This document shows positions 37,112-46,978 of a stretch of DNA of 64,000 nt, piece by piece. Source of the DNA: Microgenomates group bacterium (GTDB taxonomy: Bacteria; Patescibacteriota; Microgenomatia; Daviesbacterales; UBA10151). The DNA is taken from NCBI GenBank assembly GCA_041659805.1, contig JBAZXP010000001.1, forward strand, positions 448,589 through 512,588, read 5' to 3'. Both the position numbers and the translations under genes were made by a program. Position 1 is the first letter of the stretch. Each line of letters opens with the position of its first letter. The notes beneath the pieces are model-generated. The model was not told the DNA's origin. It made no database searches and saw only the letters and a program-made list of their open reading frames with translations.

Positions 37112-37163
37112 TAACACAGTATCAATAATTATTTAACTTTAGTCAATTATTAAGATTCCATTA

Positions 37164-37192
37164 TTGTCAAAAGATATTCCTTCAATTACAAT
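37164..37192 (+). promoter_or_regulatory. Sigma70-type promoter
   Basis: TTGTCA-17-TACAAT, 9 nt before ATG 37202. Confidence 0.55.
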
Positions 37193-37201
37193 CGATCAAG
37201 T

Positions 37202-38386
37202 ATGAAAAAAGCTAGCATTCTACTTTATACTTATAATGAAAAAGAAAATCTGGAAAAATTTGTGGGGGAAGTTTTAAAGCAGGAAAGTGCTTCTGCTGGC
37301 TGGAAATTTGAAATACTGATTGCAGATAGTTCTTCCCCAGATGGAACTTTTGAAATTGCTAAAAGGCTGGCAAAAAATAATCCTAAAATTCATGCAATTA
37401 TTGTAGGAAAAGGCTTGGGGGTGGCTGTAATTGAGGGTCATCAGTATGCAGTGAAACACTTAAAGCCGGACGCCTTGGTACAACTTGACGCAGACGGACA
37501 AGCCAGAGCAGATGTTATTCCAAGACTTCTTAAAGCGATTGGTGAAGGATATACTTTGGCAATTGGTTCAAGGTTTGTTAAGGGTGGTAAAAACGATTTA
37601 ACATTACTCCGAAGAATTTTTACCTGGGGATCTTGTACTTTATCCAGAATTGTAATGGGGCCTTTGGATATCCAGGAATTTACCAATTCTGCCAGAGCTT
37701 TTACTCCTGAACTCTTTAGCAAAATTAATTTAAAAAGACTCCCTTGGAGGGAACAATCTTATATTATCCAGCCTGCTTTTTTAAATGAAGCAGTTTTGGC
37801 CGGGGCAAAATATAAAGAGGTGCCTTTATATTTTAAAAATAGGGAAGAGGGTTATTCCAAAAATAAAGTTTTTAACTATACCTATGATGTGGTGACTTAT
37901 GCAATTGATGCCAGGTTACACAAATGGGGTTTTAATATTCCCTTTTTTAAGATGTCCAGAAGAGGAAAAACTTTTATTAAATTTGGGATTGTCGGTGTAA
38001 CAGGTACCATAGTTGATTTTGCTTTTTATAAACTTTTTATTAATGTTTTTGGGATAACTCCTGCAACAGCCAAGGGTTTTTCAGCAGAAATTGCAGTAAT
38101 AAATAATTTTACTTGGAATAATTTTTGGACTTTTAAATACAGAAAAACGAACACCAATCTTTGGCAAAAATTCTTTATTTTTAATTTGGTTAGTGTGGGA
38201 GGAATTTTAATTGGGGTGGGGATTGTTAAATGGTTGGATACTGTTTTTGGGGCAGGATATGTGTATGTAATGGGCAGACATGTGGCTTACAACAATTTCT
38301 ACTTTTTTGCCACTATTCCTCCTGTAATGATTTGGAACTTTGTAATTAATCACTTTGTTACCTGGAGAAGACAAAAAGAAGACTAA
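37202..38386 (+). CDS. GT2 polyprenol-phosphate glycosyltransferase (DPM1-like) fused to a GtrA flippase domain
   Basis: TYNE, SPDGT, DADGQ, GSRFV.GG; then KFGIVG..GT.VDF...NNFTWN..WTF...WNF. Confidence 0.88.
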   Translation: MKKASILLYTYNEKENLEKFVGEVLKQESASAGWKFEILIADSSSPDGTFEIAKRLAKNNPKIHAIIVGKGLGVAVIEGHQYAVKHLKPDALVQLDADGQARADVIPRLLKAIGEGYTLAIGSRFVKGGKNDLTLLRRIFTWGSCTLSRIVMGPLDIQEFTNSARAFTPELFSKINLKRLPWREQSYIIQPAFLNEAVLAGAKYKEVPLYFKNREEGYSKNKVFNYTYDVVTYAIDARLHKWGFNIPFFKMSRRGKTFIKFGIVGVTGTIVDFAFYKLFINVFGITPATAKGFSAEIAVINNFTWNNFWTFKYRKTNTNLWQKFFIFNLVSVGGILIGVGIVKWLDTVFGAGYVYVMGRHVAYNNFYFFATIPPVMIWNFVINHFVTWRRQKED

Positions 38387-39549
38387 TTATATACCTGTAA
38401 ATTAGGGATTGGGGCCATATTACTGATCAGAAAATTTTGAGCATACAGATAAATCCCCAAAGAAATTATCAGCAAGACAATTTTAAATTCCTTTGAGGTC
38501 AATACTTTTTCATATGCAATTAATACAAAAGGAAAAACAGGTAAAACATATCTGCTGATATCCCGGTGGGCAACAAAAATACTTGCTGTAAGATATGTAA
38601 GGACAAAAAAAGCCAAAGGATAAAGTTTTTGTTTTATTAAAAGCAGCCCACCCAAAAATCCTAGTAGAAAAGTATAAACAATATCTTCCAGCCAGATATC
38701 TCCTACCCAAAATTGATTTTTATTAAAGACCTGAAAAGGCGGGAAGATCAGATGAATATTATCTCCTGAATGAAAGTAAGCAAAAAAATCCTGGTAGGCA
38801 ATTGAATACCAATAAAAAACTCCCAAAAGGGTTAAGGGTATAAGCAGCAGGGGATAGTAATTGAACATTTGTTTAACAGATTTTGAAAAAGATTCTCTAT
38901 TTTTTATAAAAAGGTTCCATAAAACAAATAGTCCAATTGCAATAAAAATTAAAATTCCCGGTGGTCTGGTAAATTGGGCTAACATTCCTGCTAGAGCTGA
39001 AGCCCAAATATATCTTTGTTGTTTTAAGGCTTCAAACTTTAAAAAACAATGGAACGCGGCAATGGTAAAGAAGATGAAGATTGGTTCTGCAGAACCAACA
39101 CTATGAACAATTAACCATCTGGCAGGCAGTATTAAAAAAACTGATGATAAAAATAAAGGATGGTTACTTAATTTAAAATCTTTTATTAAATAGTAGAAAG
39201 CAAAAACAGATAACAGGGTAAAAGCAATCGAAATTGCCAGCATGGATTTTAAAAAGCCAAAAAGTGGAGCTAGAAATAAAATTAACACAGCAAAACCCGG
39301 GAAATGGGCTGCATAATAGTTTGGCGAAAGAGTATTCGGTATTTGGGTAATAATTTGTGGTTGATAAAGGGATTTTGCGATAACAATATATTCTAACCCG
39401 TCAAAATTCCTGTAGATTGAGCCGATGCCTTCGGAAAAGTTAAGGCCAAAAAAGTTATCCAGCTTCAAATAAAAAGGGAGCCAGATTAAAAGTATCAGAA
39501 AAAAGGTAAAACCGGTTAAAACAAGTAAATCTTTAATAGAACTCTTCAT
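38383..39549 (-). CDS. GT-C membrane glycosyltransferase (PIG-V/GT76-like pattern)
   Basis: FDG..Y..IA, AHFPGF, SAEPIF, TRPPG, SRY; TGcTAACAT-N6-ATG upstream. Confidence 0.7.
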   Translation of the reverse strand: MKSSIKDLLVLTGFTFFLILLIWLPFYLKLDNFFGLNFSEGIGSIYRNFDGLEYIVIAKSLYQPQIITQIPNTLSPNYYAAHFPGFAVLILFLAPLFGFLKSMLAISIAFTLLSVFAFYYLIKDFKLSNHPLFLSSVFLILPARWLIVHSVGSAEPIFIFFTIAAFHCFLKFEALKQQRYIWASALAGMLAQFTRPPGILIFIAIGLFVLWNLFIKNRESFSKSVKQMFNYYPLLLIPLTLLGVFYWYSIAYQDFFAYFHSGDNIHLIFPPFQVFNKNQFWVGDIWLEDIVYTFLLGFLGGLLLIKQKLYPLAFFVLTYLTASIFVAHRDISRYVLPVFPFVLIAYEKVLTSKEFKIVLLIISLGIYLYAQNFLISNMAPIPNLQVYN

Positions 39550-39613
39550 AAATTTATGTTAGCATAACCATATATTCTTGTGCTACACTGGCTAAGATTG
39601 TACCAACTTTTTT

Positions 39614-40312
39614 ATGAAAATTGATGCTTTATCTGTCTTTTTTCCGGCTTTTAATGAAGAGGAAAACATAACTTCTACAATTACAAAAGCAAATGATGTT
39701 TTAGCCTCACTTTCCTTAAAAGATTACGAAATAATTGTGGTGGATGATGGTTCAAAGGATAAAACAGTAGAAACTGTTAATAACCTAATAAAAACAAATA
39801 AACATATACGTCTTGTGAGTCATGAGGTTAATAAAGGATATGGTGAAGCATTAAAAACTGGGTTTAGAGAGGCAAAATTTCCTTGGGTAGCTTTTGCTGA
39901 TGCAGATGGTCAGTTTGATTTTGCAGAAATTACTAAACTGATGGATGAAACAGATAAGGCTGATTTTATTTTAGGGTATCGCTTGAGAAGAGCAGATCCT
40001 TTTGTCAGGATTTTTTTCAATGTTGTTTGGATAATCGGTGCCAGAATTTTATTTGATTTTCCATCTCGGGATTATTCCTGTGGTTTCAAGTTGATTAAAA
40101 AATCTGCTTTTGATGCCACACTCCCCTTGCAGGCAGGAGAAAAAGTAACTCAAATAGAAATGTTGGTAAAAGCTAAAAGGCTTGGTTTTAAATTTGCAGA
40201 AGTCGGAGTTCATCACTACCCAAGAATGTTTGGCAAATCCACTGGTGGGAATTTATTGGTGGTATTTAAAAGCTATCTTGATCTGATTAAATTGTGGTGG
40301 AAATTACATTAG
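39614..40312 (+). CDS. GT2 polyprenol-phosphate glycosyltransferase (DPM/DPG synthase-like)
   Basis: PAFNEE, VDDGSKD, N.GYG.A, DADGQF, D..CGFKL. Confidence 0.9.
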   Translation: MKIDALSVFFPAFNEEENITSTITKANDVLASLSLKDYEIIVVDDGSKDKTVETVNNLIKTNKHIRLVSHEVNKGYGEALKTGFREAKFPWVAFADADGQFDFAEITKLMDETDKADFILGYRLRRADPFVRIFFNVVWIIGARILFDFPSRDYSCGFKLIKKSAFDATLPLQAGEKVTQIEMLVKAKRLGFKFAEVGVHHYPRMFGKSTGGNLLVVFKSYLDLIKLWWKLH

Positions 40313-40315
40313 TTT

Positions 40316-41827
40316 ATGAAGTCTTCAATTCAATGGATTAAACGAAATCGGTTTGAAGCAATTATTATTATTTTGATAATAGTGGTGGCCTCTTTTCTCA
40401 GATTTTATAAGCTTTCTGATTACATGACTTTTTTAGGTGATGAGGGCAGGGATGCTTTAATAGTTAAAGATATCTTAGTTGAGCATATTATCCCCTCAAT
40501 TGGTCCCCCATCATCTGTGGGGAATGTGTATTTAGGTCCTTTGTATTACTATATGATGGCGACTTCTATGGCAATTTTTTGGCTTAACCCCGTGGCTGCT
40601 GCAGGAATGGTGGCTTTGATCGGAGTGATGGCTGTTGCTCTGATTTATTATTTAGCCCGGGTTTGGTTTGGAATGTATTCTGCAATTTTATCAGCCTCAC
40701 TTTATGCCCTATCTTTTGTGGTTACTTTTTACTCCAGATCTTCCTGGAATCCTAACCCTGCCCCTTTTTTTACACTTCTGGCTGTTTTGGGGTTTTATAA
40801 AGCCAGACAAACCAAGAATTTTTTGTGGCTTATTTTAACCGGATTGAGTACTGCAGCAGCTGTGCAGATGCATTATCTGGCTTTGATTTTAATCCCGGTT
40901 TTCGGTATTTTATATATTTTTGAGCTCTTTCAGCAAAAAAAATTACAGGAATACAATTATTTTATATCAGGTGCATTTTTGGGGGTGGTGTCATTTATTC
41001 TGGTAATGTTACCGCTTATATTATTTGATTTCCGTCATGATTTTTTAAACTATCGTGGGGTTGTTGCCCTATTTACTAAAAGCGGCAGTAGCGTGAGTTT
41101 TAATCTTTTTGACAGTCTGGCAAAAATTTCACCAATTTTCGATCAAAAATTGGTTGGAAGATACTTGGGCGCAGAAAATCCGTTAATTATTTTTCTGGTT
41201 TCTATTTTTATTATTACTCCGATAATGATTGCTCTGTATAAAGTTGTTTACAAAAAAGAAGCAATGAGCTGGTCAATAAAAGCTCTTAGTGTTTGGCTGG
41301 CGGTAGGTCTTTTTGGGGTCTCCTTATTCAGACTGGAAGTATATGATCATTATCTGGGTTTTTTGAGCCCTGTGCCATTTTTACTTTTAGGTGCTTTTAT
41401 TTTTGAATTGCCTGATAAATGGAAAAAAATTGCAGCAGCGCTAATTATTATTATATTGGGATTTTTGAATTTGCAGCAAAACGTATTGTTTAAGCCTGCA
41501 GGTAATCAATTTACCCGTACTCGGGAAATTGCACAATTTGTGCTTAATGAAGCCGGAAATAAACCTTTTAATTTTGCTTTGATTTCAAAAAATAATTATG
41601 ATTCAGCGTATCAATTTTATTTCTATATTTACGGGCATGAACCCAAAGTAGTGCCAATTGATGTGACTGACCAATTGTTGGTTGTTTGTGAGGATCCTAT
41701 ATGTAAACCTGTCGGTAATGCCAAGTATGAAATTGCAGGATTCGGCTGGACTTTAATGGATAAAGAAACTTATTTTGACGGAGTCAGAATTTATAGACTT
41801 ATACATAATTCGGCTCAGCCCAAATGA
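40316..41827 (+). CDS. GT-C (ArnT/PMT-like) glycosyltransferase
   Basis: LRFY..FLGDEGRD, IGP..YLGPLYYY, SRSSWNPN. Confidence 0.8.
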   Translation: MKSSIQWIKRNRFEAIIIILIIVVASFLRFYKLSDYMTFLGDEGRDALIVKDILVEHIIPSIGPPSSVGNVYLGPLYYYMMATSMAIFWLNPVAAAGMVALIGVMAVALIYYLARVWFGMYSAILSASLYALSFVVTFYSRSSWNPNPAPFFTLLAVLGFYKARQTKNFLWLILTGLSTAAAVQMHYLALILIPVFGILYIFELFQQKKLQEYNYFISGAFLGVVSFILVMLPLILFDFRHDFLNYRGVVALFTKSGSSVSFNLFDSLAKISPIFDQKLVGRYLGAENPLIIFLVSIFIITPIMIALYKVVYKKEAMSWSIKALSVWLAVGLFGVSLFRLEVYDHYLGFLSPVPFLLLGAFIFELPDKWKKIAAALIIIILGFLNLQQNVLFKPAGNQFTRTREIAQFVLNEAGNKPFNFALISKNNYDSAYQFYFYIYGHEPKVVPIDVTDQLLVVCEDPICKPVGNAKYEIAGFGWTLMDKETYFDGVRIYRLIHNSAQPK

Positions 41828-43323
41828 AAAGAATAAAGAAAGAAATTCAATCTCATAAAATATATTATTTTTTAGTTTTCGTCATCTTACTTTGTGCTTT
41901 TGTTTTAAGGGTGTGGAGAATAGATCAGCTATTGGGTTTTTATTTTGATCAGGGCAGGGACGCCTTAATAGTGGACCAGATACTTCATGGAAAATTGACG
42001 CTTATCGGTCCAACAACTGGGATTGAAGGAATTTTTTTAGGACCGTTTTATTATTATTTTTTAAGCATTGGATATCTACTGGGACAGGGAAACCCCGCTG
42101 TTGCCTCAATTTTTCAAACCTTTTTTGTAATTGTCGGACTACTAATTACATTTTTAATAGGCAGAATATTTTTTTCATTCAGGGTTGGTCTGATTGCCAT
42201 GTTTTTAATGACTTTTTCATTTTCTCAAATAAAATTAGACCGCTGGTTATCAAACCCAACGCCGGCTATTTTATTTGGTCCCCTGACCATATTTTTTCTT
42301 TTATTAAGTTTTAATAATCCAAATATATTTTTGCCCCTTTCGGCTTTTTCTGTGGGTTTATTAATGCAACTTGAAGCCTCCAGCAGTTTTATTTTAATGA
42401 TTTTAACATTCTTGTTTATTATTATTTTCAGAAAAAAATTCACCCCAAAATCAATTATGTTTGCGTGTCTAGCTTTTTCTGCTACATTACTACCACAAAT
42501 TATTTTTGAATTAAAACATGATTTTTTGATCACAAAATTATTACTCAGTTTTCTTGGCGGTAATGTTCAGACAACAGGGGTATCAACTTTCCAATTTCCA
42601 ACAACCTTAACTTTTCAAAACAGACTTGATCTTTATGCTGTAACTTTTTTGGGTGAATTGAAACTGGATTTTGATAAAAGTTTTAGTTTTCTATTTATTA
42701 TTTTCTTAATTGCCAGCTTTCTATATATAACAAAAAACTGGTCTAAAATGGCAATTAAATTAATGGTAATTTGGTTTTATGGTTCACTGATTTTTTTCCT
42801 ATTTTATAGCGGAAACTATGGCTCTATAAACAGCTATTATTTTATTCCGGTACTACCGATATTTTTTATATTTATTGCCTTGCTTTTAGAATGGGGTTTT
42901 AAATTCAAAATATCTATTCCAATTGTGGCTTTGTTATTGGCACTATTTCTATATGATCAGCTGCCGATGTCACTCAGCTATCTTTCCAGTGGAGTAGAAG
43001 GGGATACCACAATTGCTTTGGGTAGCCAGGTAAATGCTGTGAAATATGTACTTAATAATGCAAGCGATAAAGAATATAACTGGGACGCTTATGTACCCCC
43101 TGTAATACCTTATACTTATACATATTTATTTAAGTATTACGGAAATAAATACCAACGTATGCCGACAGATGCTCAGGTAAGTACTCTTTATACTATTCAT
43201 GAAGTGGACATATCACATCCTGACAGAGAAACTGCATGGTTAAAAAGACAAGCCGGAATTGGTAAAATAATAGATACACAAAGATTTGGTGGTGTAACTG
43301 TAGAGAGACGAGAAAGAATATGA
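41824..43323 (+). CDS. GT-C (ArnT/PMT-like) glycosyltransferase
   Basis: FYFDQGRD, LIGPTTG..FLGPFYYY, RWLSNP; ATGA overlap. Confidence 0.8.
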   Translation: MKRIKKEIQSHKIYYFLVFVILLCAFVLRVWRIDQLLGFYFDQGRDALIVDQILHGKLTLIGPTTGIEGIFLGPFYYYFLSIGYLLGQGNPAVASIFQTFFVIVGLLITFLIGRIFFSFRVGLIAMFLMTFSFSQIKLDRWLSNPTPAILFGPLTIFFLLLSFNNPNIFLPLSAFSVGLLMQLEASSSFILMILTFLFIIIFRKKFTPKSIMFACLAFSATLLPQIIFELKHDFLITKLLLSFLGGNVQTTGVSTFQFPTTLTFQNRLDLYAVTFLGELKLDFDKSFSFLFIIFLIASFLYITKNWSKMAIKLMVIWFYGSLIFFLFYSGNYGSINSYYFIPVLPIFFIFIALLLEWGFKFKISIPIVALLLALFLYDQLPMSLSYLSSGVEGDTTIALGSQVNAVKYVLNNASDKEYNWDAYVPPVIPYTYTYLFKYYGNKYQRMPTDAQVSTLYTIHEVDISHPDRETAWLKRQAGIGKIIDTQRFGGVTVERRERI

Positions 43324-44063
43324 AAAATATCAAATTGACTGTTGTTATTCCTGCTTTTAATGAAGCAGACAATCTTAAAAAAGGCGCTCTGGAGTCCGTT
43401 TACCAGTATCTTAAAAATCAAAAATATAGTTATGAGGTTTTGATTGTTGATGACGGTTCGTTAGACGCAACAGTGACACTTGTTGAAAGTGTTATTAAAA
43501 ATATGCCCGGTTTTAGAATTGTAAAAAACTCTCACGGCGGTAAGGCGATTACAGTCATGAGCGGTTTGCTTATGAGCAATGGGGAGATCGCCCTTTTTAC
43601 AGATATGGATCAGGCTACCCCTATTGATCAAATAGAAAAGCTTTTACCAAAATTTGAAGAAGGATTTGATATTGTGATTGGTTCAAGACATGGTAGGGAA
43701 GGCGCACCGGCCATCCGCAAATTAATGGGTTGGGGGTTTTCTGTTTTACGAAAACTAATATTGGGTCTGCCTTTTGCTGATACGCAATGCGGATTTAAAG
43801 CATTTAATAAAAAATCCATTCAGCTGATATTTCCGGAACTTTTGGAAAGGTGGAAAAAGACCGGGACAAGCGGGGCTGCAGTAAATGCAGGTTTTGATGT
43901 CGAGACGCTTTTTATTGCCAGAAAAAAAGGATTAAAAATTGCTGAAGTTCCTGTTGACTGGAGACATGTCGGAACAGAACGGGTACAGGCAGTCAGGGAC
44001 TCTTTGGAGGCGTTAAAAGACATGGCACGTATTAAAATTAATGATATACAAGGGAAGTATTAA
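43320..44063 (+). CDS. GT2 polyprenol-phosphate glycosyltransferase (DPG synthase-like)
   Basis: IPAFNEA, VDDGS, GK, FTDMD, GSR, DTQCGFK, FDVE. Confidence 0.9.
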   Translation: MKNIKLTVVIPAFNEADNLKKGALESVYQYLKNQKYSYEVLIVDDGSLDATVTLVESVIKNMPGFRIVKNSHGGKAITVMSGLLMSNGEIALFTDMDQATPIDQIEKLLPKFEEGFDIVIGSRHGREGAPAIRKLMGWGFSVLRKLILGLPFADTQCGFKAFNKKSIQLIFPELLERWKKTGTSGAAVNAGFDVETLFIARKKGLKIAEVPVDWRHVGTERVQAVRDSLEALKDMARIKINDIQGKY

Positions 44064-45435
44064 ACGCTTTTTTCAAAGTAAAATTGATTCCGTAATTGTT
44101 GCACTGCTTGCTTTATCGCTGCCCCTTTTTTTCTACAAACTCGGTCAGTCATCGCTGGAGAATTGGGATGAGGCCTGGTATGGAGAGATTGCTAAAAACA
44201 TATTTCATTCAGGTGATTTTCTCAATTTAACTTTTAACGGTAGTCCATATTTTGATCATCCGCCGTTTGTTTTTTGGTTGATGTCACTTACATATAAAAT
44301 TTTTGGTGTATCTGAGTTTTGGACTAGATTTGCCAGTGCCGGGGCCGGTTTTCTTTGTATTGTGATTTTATATTTTTTAGGGAAAGAGTTATTTAACCGC
44401 ACAGTTGGATTTGCCTCAGCCGTAGCTTTGTCTTCTGCAATCTGGTTTGTGTACCGCGCCCGTTCAGGCAATCTGGATGTTATTTTAACAACTCTTTTTG
44501 TACTTACATTTTATCTGGCGTTTAAGGCAGTAAAAAATAAAAAATTCTTAATCCCCTTTTCAGTCAGTTTATCTTGTTTATTTCTAACCAAATCTATGGT
44601 TCCTTTTACGATTATCCTGTCGCTGTTGTTAATTTTTTGGGGGAATAAAAATTATAAAATTAAAGAATATGTAATACCCCTTTTGATATTTATTTTATCT
44701 ACAGGTGTTTGGTTTATCGATCAACTAATTAATCAGCCGAATTTTACCGGGAGATATTTAAGCATCGGTTTGCCCGGTTTAACAACGGAAACTTCTTATT
44801 TAAACAATTTTAATCTTGCAAAAGGGTATTTACATAGCGGTATTGGGAAATGGTTTTGGCCGGGGGTGTTTTCTATGTTTTTGGGATTGTTTCTTTTTCA
44901 AAAAAGATTTTTTGTTTTCTCTCTTTTTTTCCTGGTGTTTTTTATACCTTTAATATTTTCCACAAAAGGACAAATTTGGCATTTAATACCATTGCATCCG
45001 TTTCTTATTCTGATGTTTTTCGGTGCAAGTTCGTTTTTACTAGAAAAAATAATTAAAAACAGAATCTTAGTAACTATTTTGCTAATCGGGATATCCTTTT
45101 ACTTTTCGTTTATGCAAATTAGGCAAATATGGTTTCAATTTATCGATATTCCGGCCTTTATTTCTGATGAGGCAATTCTTTCAAAAGAAGCAGGATTATA
45201 TAGTGATAAATTTTATATTGATGGTGATTTTGTTCCGGTGGCTGTTTTTTATTCCGGCAGGGAGGTGGAAATAATTAGGTATAATGGTTTGAAAACAATA
45301 TTCAGTTACAACCAGCCATTTTTGCTCATTACTGTAAAATGGAGGCTGGATGAAGCTAACATTCCAGAGAGTAGATACCGTATAATAAAAACAGATCGTG
45401 ATAAAATTTTGATTCAGGGAAACATTAATGAATAA
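44041..45435 (+). CDS. ArnT-family GT-C glycosyltransferase
   Basis: WDEAWY, DHPP, FGVSEFWTRF, R...LD, LTKS. Confidence 0.85.
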   Translation: MIYKGSIKRFFQSKIDSVIVALLALSLPLFFYKLGQSSLENWDEAWYGEIAKNIFHSGDFLNLTFNGSPYFDHPPFVFWLMSLTYKIFGVSEFWTRFASAGAGFLCIVILYFLGKELFNRTVGFASAVALSSAIWFVYRARSGNLDVILTTLFVLTFYLAFKAVKNKKFLIPFSVSLSCLFLTKSMVPFTIILSLLLIFWGNKNYKIKEYVIPLLIFILSTGVWFIDQLINQPNFTGRYLSIGLPGLTTETSYLNNFNLAKGYLHSGIGKWFWPGVFSMFLGLFLFQKRFFVFSLFFLVFFIPLIFSTKGQIWHLIPLHPFLILMFFGASSFLLEKIIKNRILVTILLIGISFYFSFMQIRQIWFQFIDIPAFISDEAILSKEAGLYSDKFYIDGDFVPVAVFYSGREVEIIRYNGLKTIFSYNQPFLLITVKWRLDEANIPESRYRIIKTDRDKILIQGNINE

Positions 45436-46978
45436 AGGATTAAAGATTATTTTATATAATATTTTGCAACATAAATGGGAATCTTTGGCCTTTGTTTTGA
45501 TTATCATTTTATATTTTGGATTAAGGTTGCCTAACTTAACCCTACAGCCCATTTTTGCAGATGAAGCGATTTATATAAGATGGGCTCAGATCATGAAGGC
45601 AGAACCAACCCTGCGTTTTATTTCTCTTACTGACGGAAAGACACCTTTGTTTATGTGGGTAATGACTCCTTTTTTCAAGATGTTTAATGATCCTTTGTTT
45701 GCAGGTAGAGTTATATCTGTTTTATCAGGTTTTATGACTATGCTTGGAGGAATGTTTTTAGGTTGGAGATTTTTTGACAGGAAAGTTGCCCTTTGGTCGG
45801 GTTTGCTGATTGCTGTCACCCCATTTGTTTTATTTTTTGACAGGATGGCTTTGGTTGATTCTATGTTGGCAGCGTTTTCTATTTGGTCTTTAATTTTTGC
45901 ATTAATTTTGGTTAAAAGCCCCCGTTTTGATTTAAGTATGATATTGGGTTACATACTAGGCGGGGGACTCTTAACAAAGACTCCAGGTTTGTTTAATGTT
46001 TTAATGCTTCCTGCTGCATTTTTTGCATTTAACTGGTCTTTTGATAATAGGCAAAAGAATTTTATTAAAACTGCCGGATTTTTTGTAATTGCAGCAGCAA
46101 TTGCTATGGGAATATATAATTTGCTCCGTTTAGGCCCGGGCTTTGAGAGCCTTTCTTCCCGAAATCAGGATTATATTTTCCCTTTCACAAGAATATTTAC
46201 CAATCCTCTGGACCCTTTAGTCCCTCATTTAAAGGATTTAGCTGATTGGTTTTTCAAGTTGATTACTTTGCCAATATTGTTATTTACAATACTGGGAATA
46301 ATTTTGACATTAGTCAAAAGGAATAAAGTTGCTTTGGTAATTTTGCTTTGGTTGCTTGGTCCATTAACAGCTGAGTTATTTTTACTGCAAACATTTACTG
46401 CCAGATATATTTTATCAGCAATTGCTCCGTTATTATGTTTGTCAGGTTTAGCAATAAGCTTTGTTGTAGAAAAAAGCCGGTTCAAAAAAGAGGTTACCTA
46501 TCTTGCTATTCTGGTGTTTATTTTACCGATGGCTTTGATGTTTAACTTTACCCTATTAACCGATCCGGCAAAAGCGGATTTACCCCGCGAAGAAAGAATC
46601 GGTTATTTTGAAGATTGGACAGCAGGTTATGGTTTTCCGCAAATCGCAGATTTTCTTATTCAACAAGCACAAAACGGGCTGGTAGTTGTCGGGACGGAAG
46701 GTAATTTTGGGACACTTCCTGATGGTTTGACAATTTATTTAGATAAATATTTCCATACTCAGGGGGTAAATAAAATAGTAGTTTTGGGTGGAAAAGGAAC
46801 CATTACTGATGTATTGCGCGATAGTGCAAAAAGAGGACCTACATATTTTATTGCCAATAGGTCTAGGGTGACTCAAAATCCGCCGAATACAGAATTGATT
46901 AAGGAATATCCAAAGGCTAATTTCCCCGGAGCTTTTAAGGATTCTATTTTGGTCTTTAAGGTAAGTCCTGTTAAATGA
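45428..46978 (+). CDS. GT-C (ArnT/PMT-like) glycosyltransferase
   Basis: FADEAIY, DGKTPLF, GR..SV, DRMAL.D, LTK, ARY. Confidence 0.82.
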   Translation: MNKGLKIILYNILQHKWESLAFVLIIILYFGLRLPNLTLQPIFADEAIYIRWAQIMKAEPTLRFISLTDGKTPLFMWVMTPFFKMFNDPLFAGRVISVLSGFMTMLGGMFLGWRFFDRKVALWSGLLIAVTPFVLFFDRMALVDSMLAAFSIWSLIFALILVKSPRFDLSMILGYILGGGLLTKTPGLFNVLMLPAAFFAFNWSFDNRQKNFIKTAGFFVIAAAIAMGIYNLLRLGPGFESLSSRNQDYIFPFTRIFTNPLDPLVPHLKDLADWFFKLITLPILLFTILGIILTLVKRNKVALVILLWLLGPLTAELFLLQTFTARYILSAIAPLLCLSGLAISFVVEKSRFKKEVTYLAILVFILPMALMFNFTLLTDPAKADLPREERIGYFEDWTAGYGFPQIADFLIQQAQNGLVVVGTEGNFGTLPDGLTIYLDKYFHTQGVNKIVVLGGKGTITDVLRDSAKRGPTYFIANRSRVTQNPPNTELIKEYPKANFPGAFKDSILVFKVSPVK

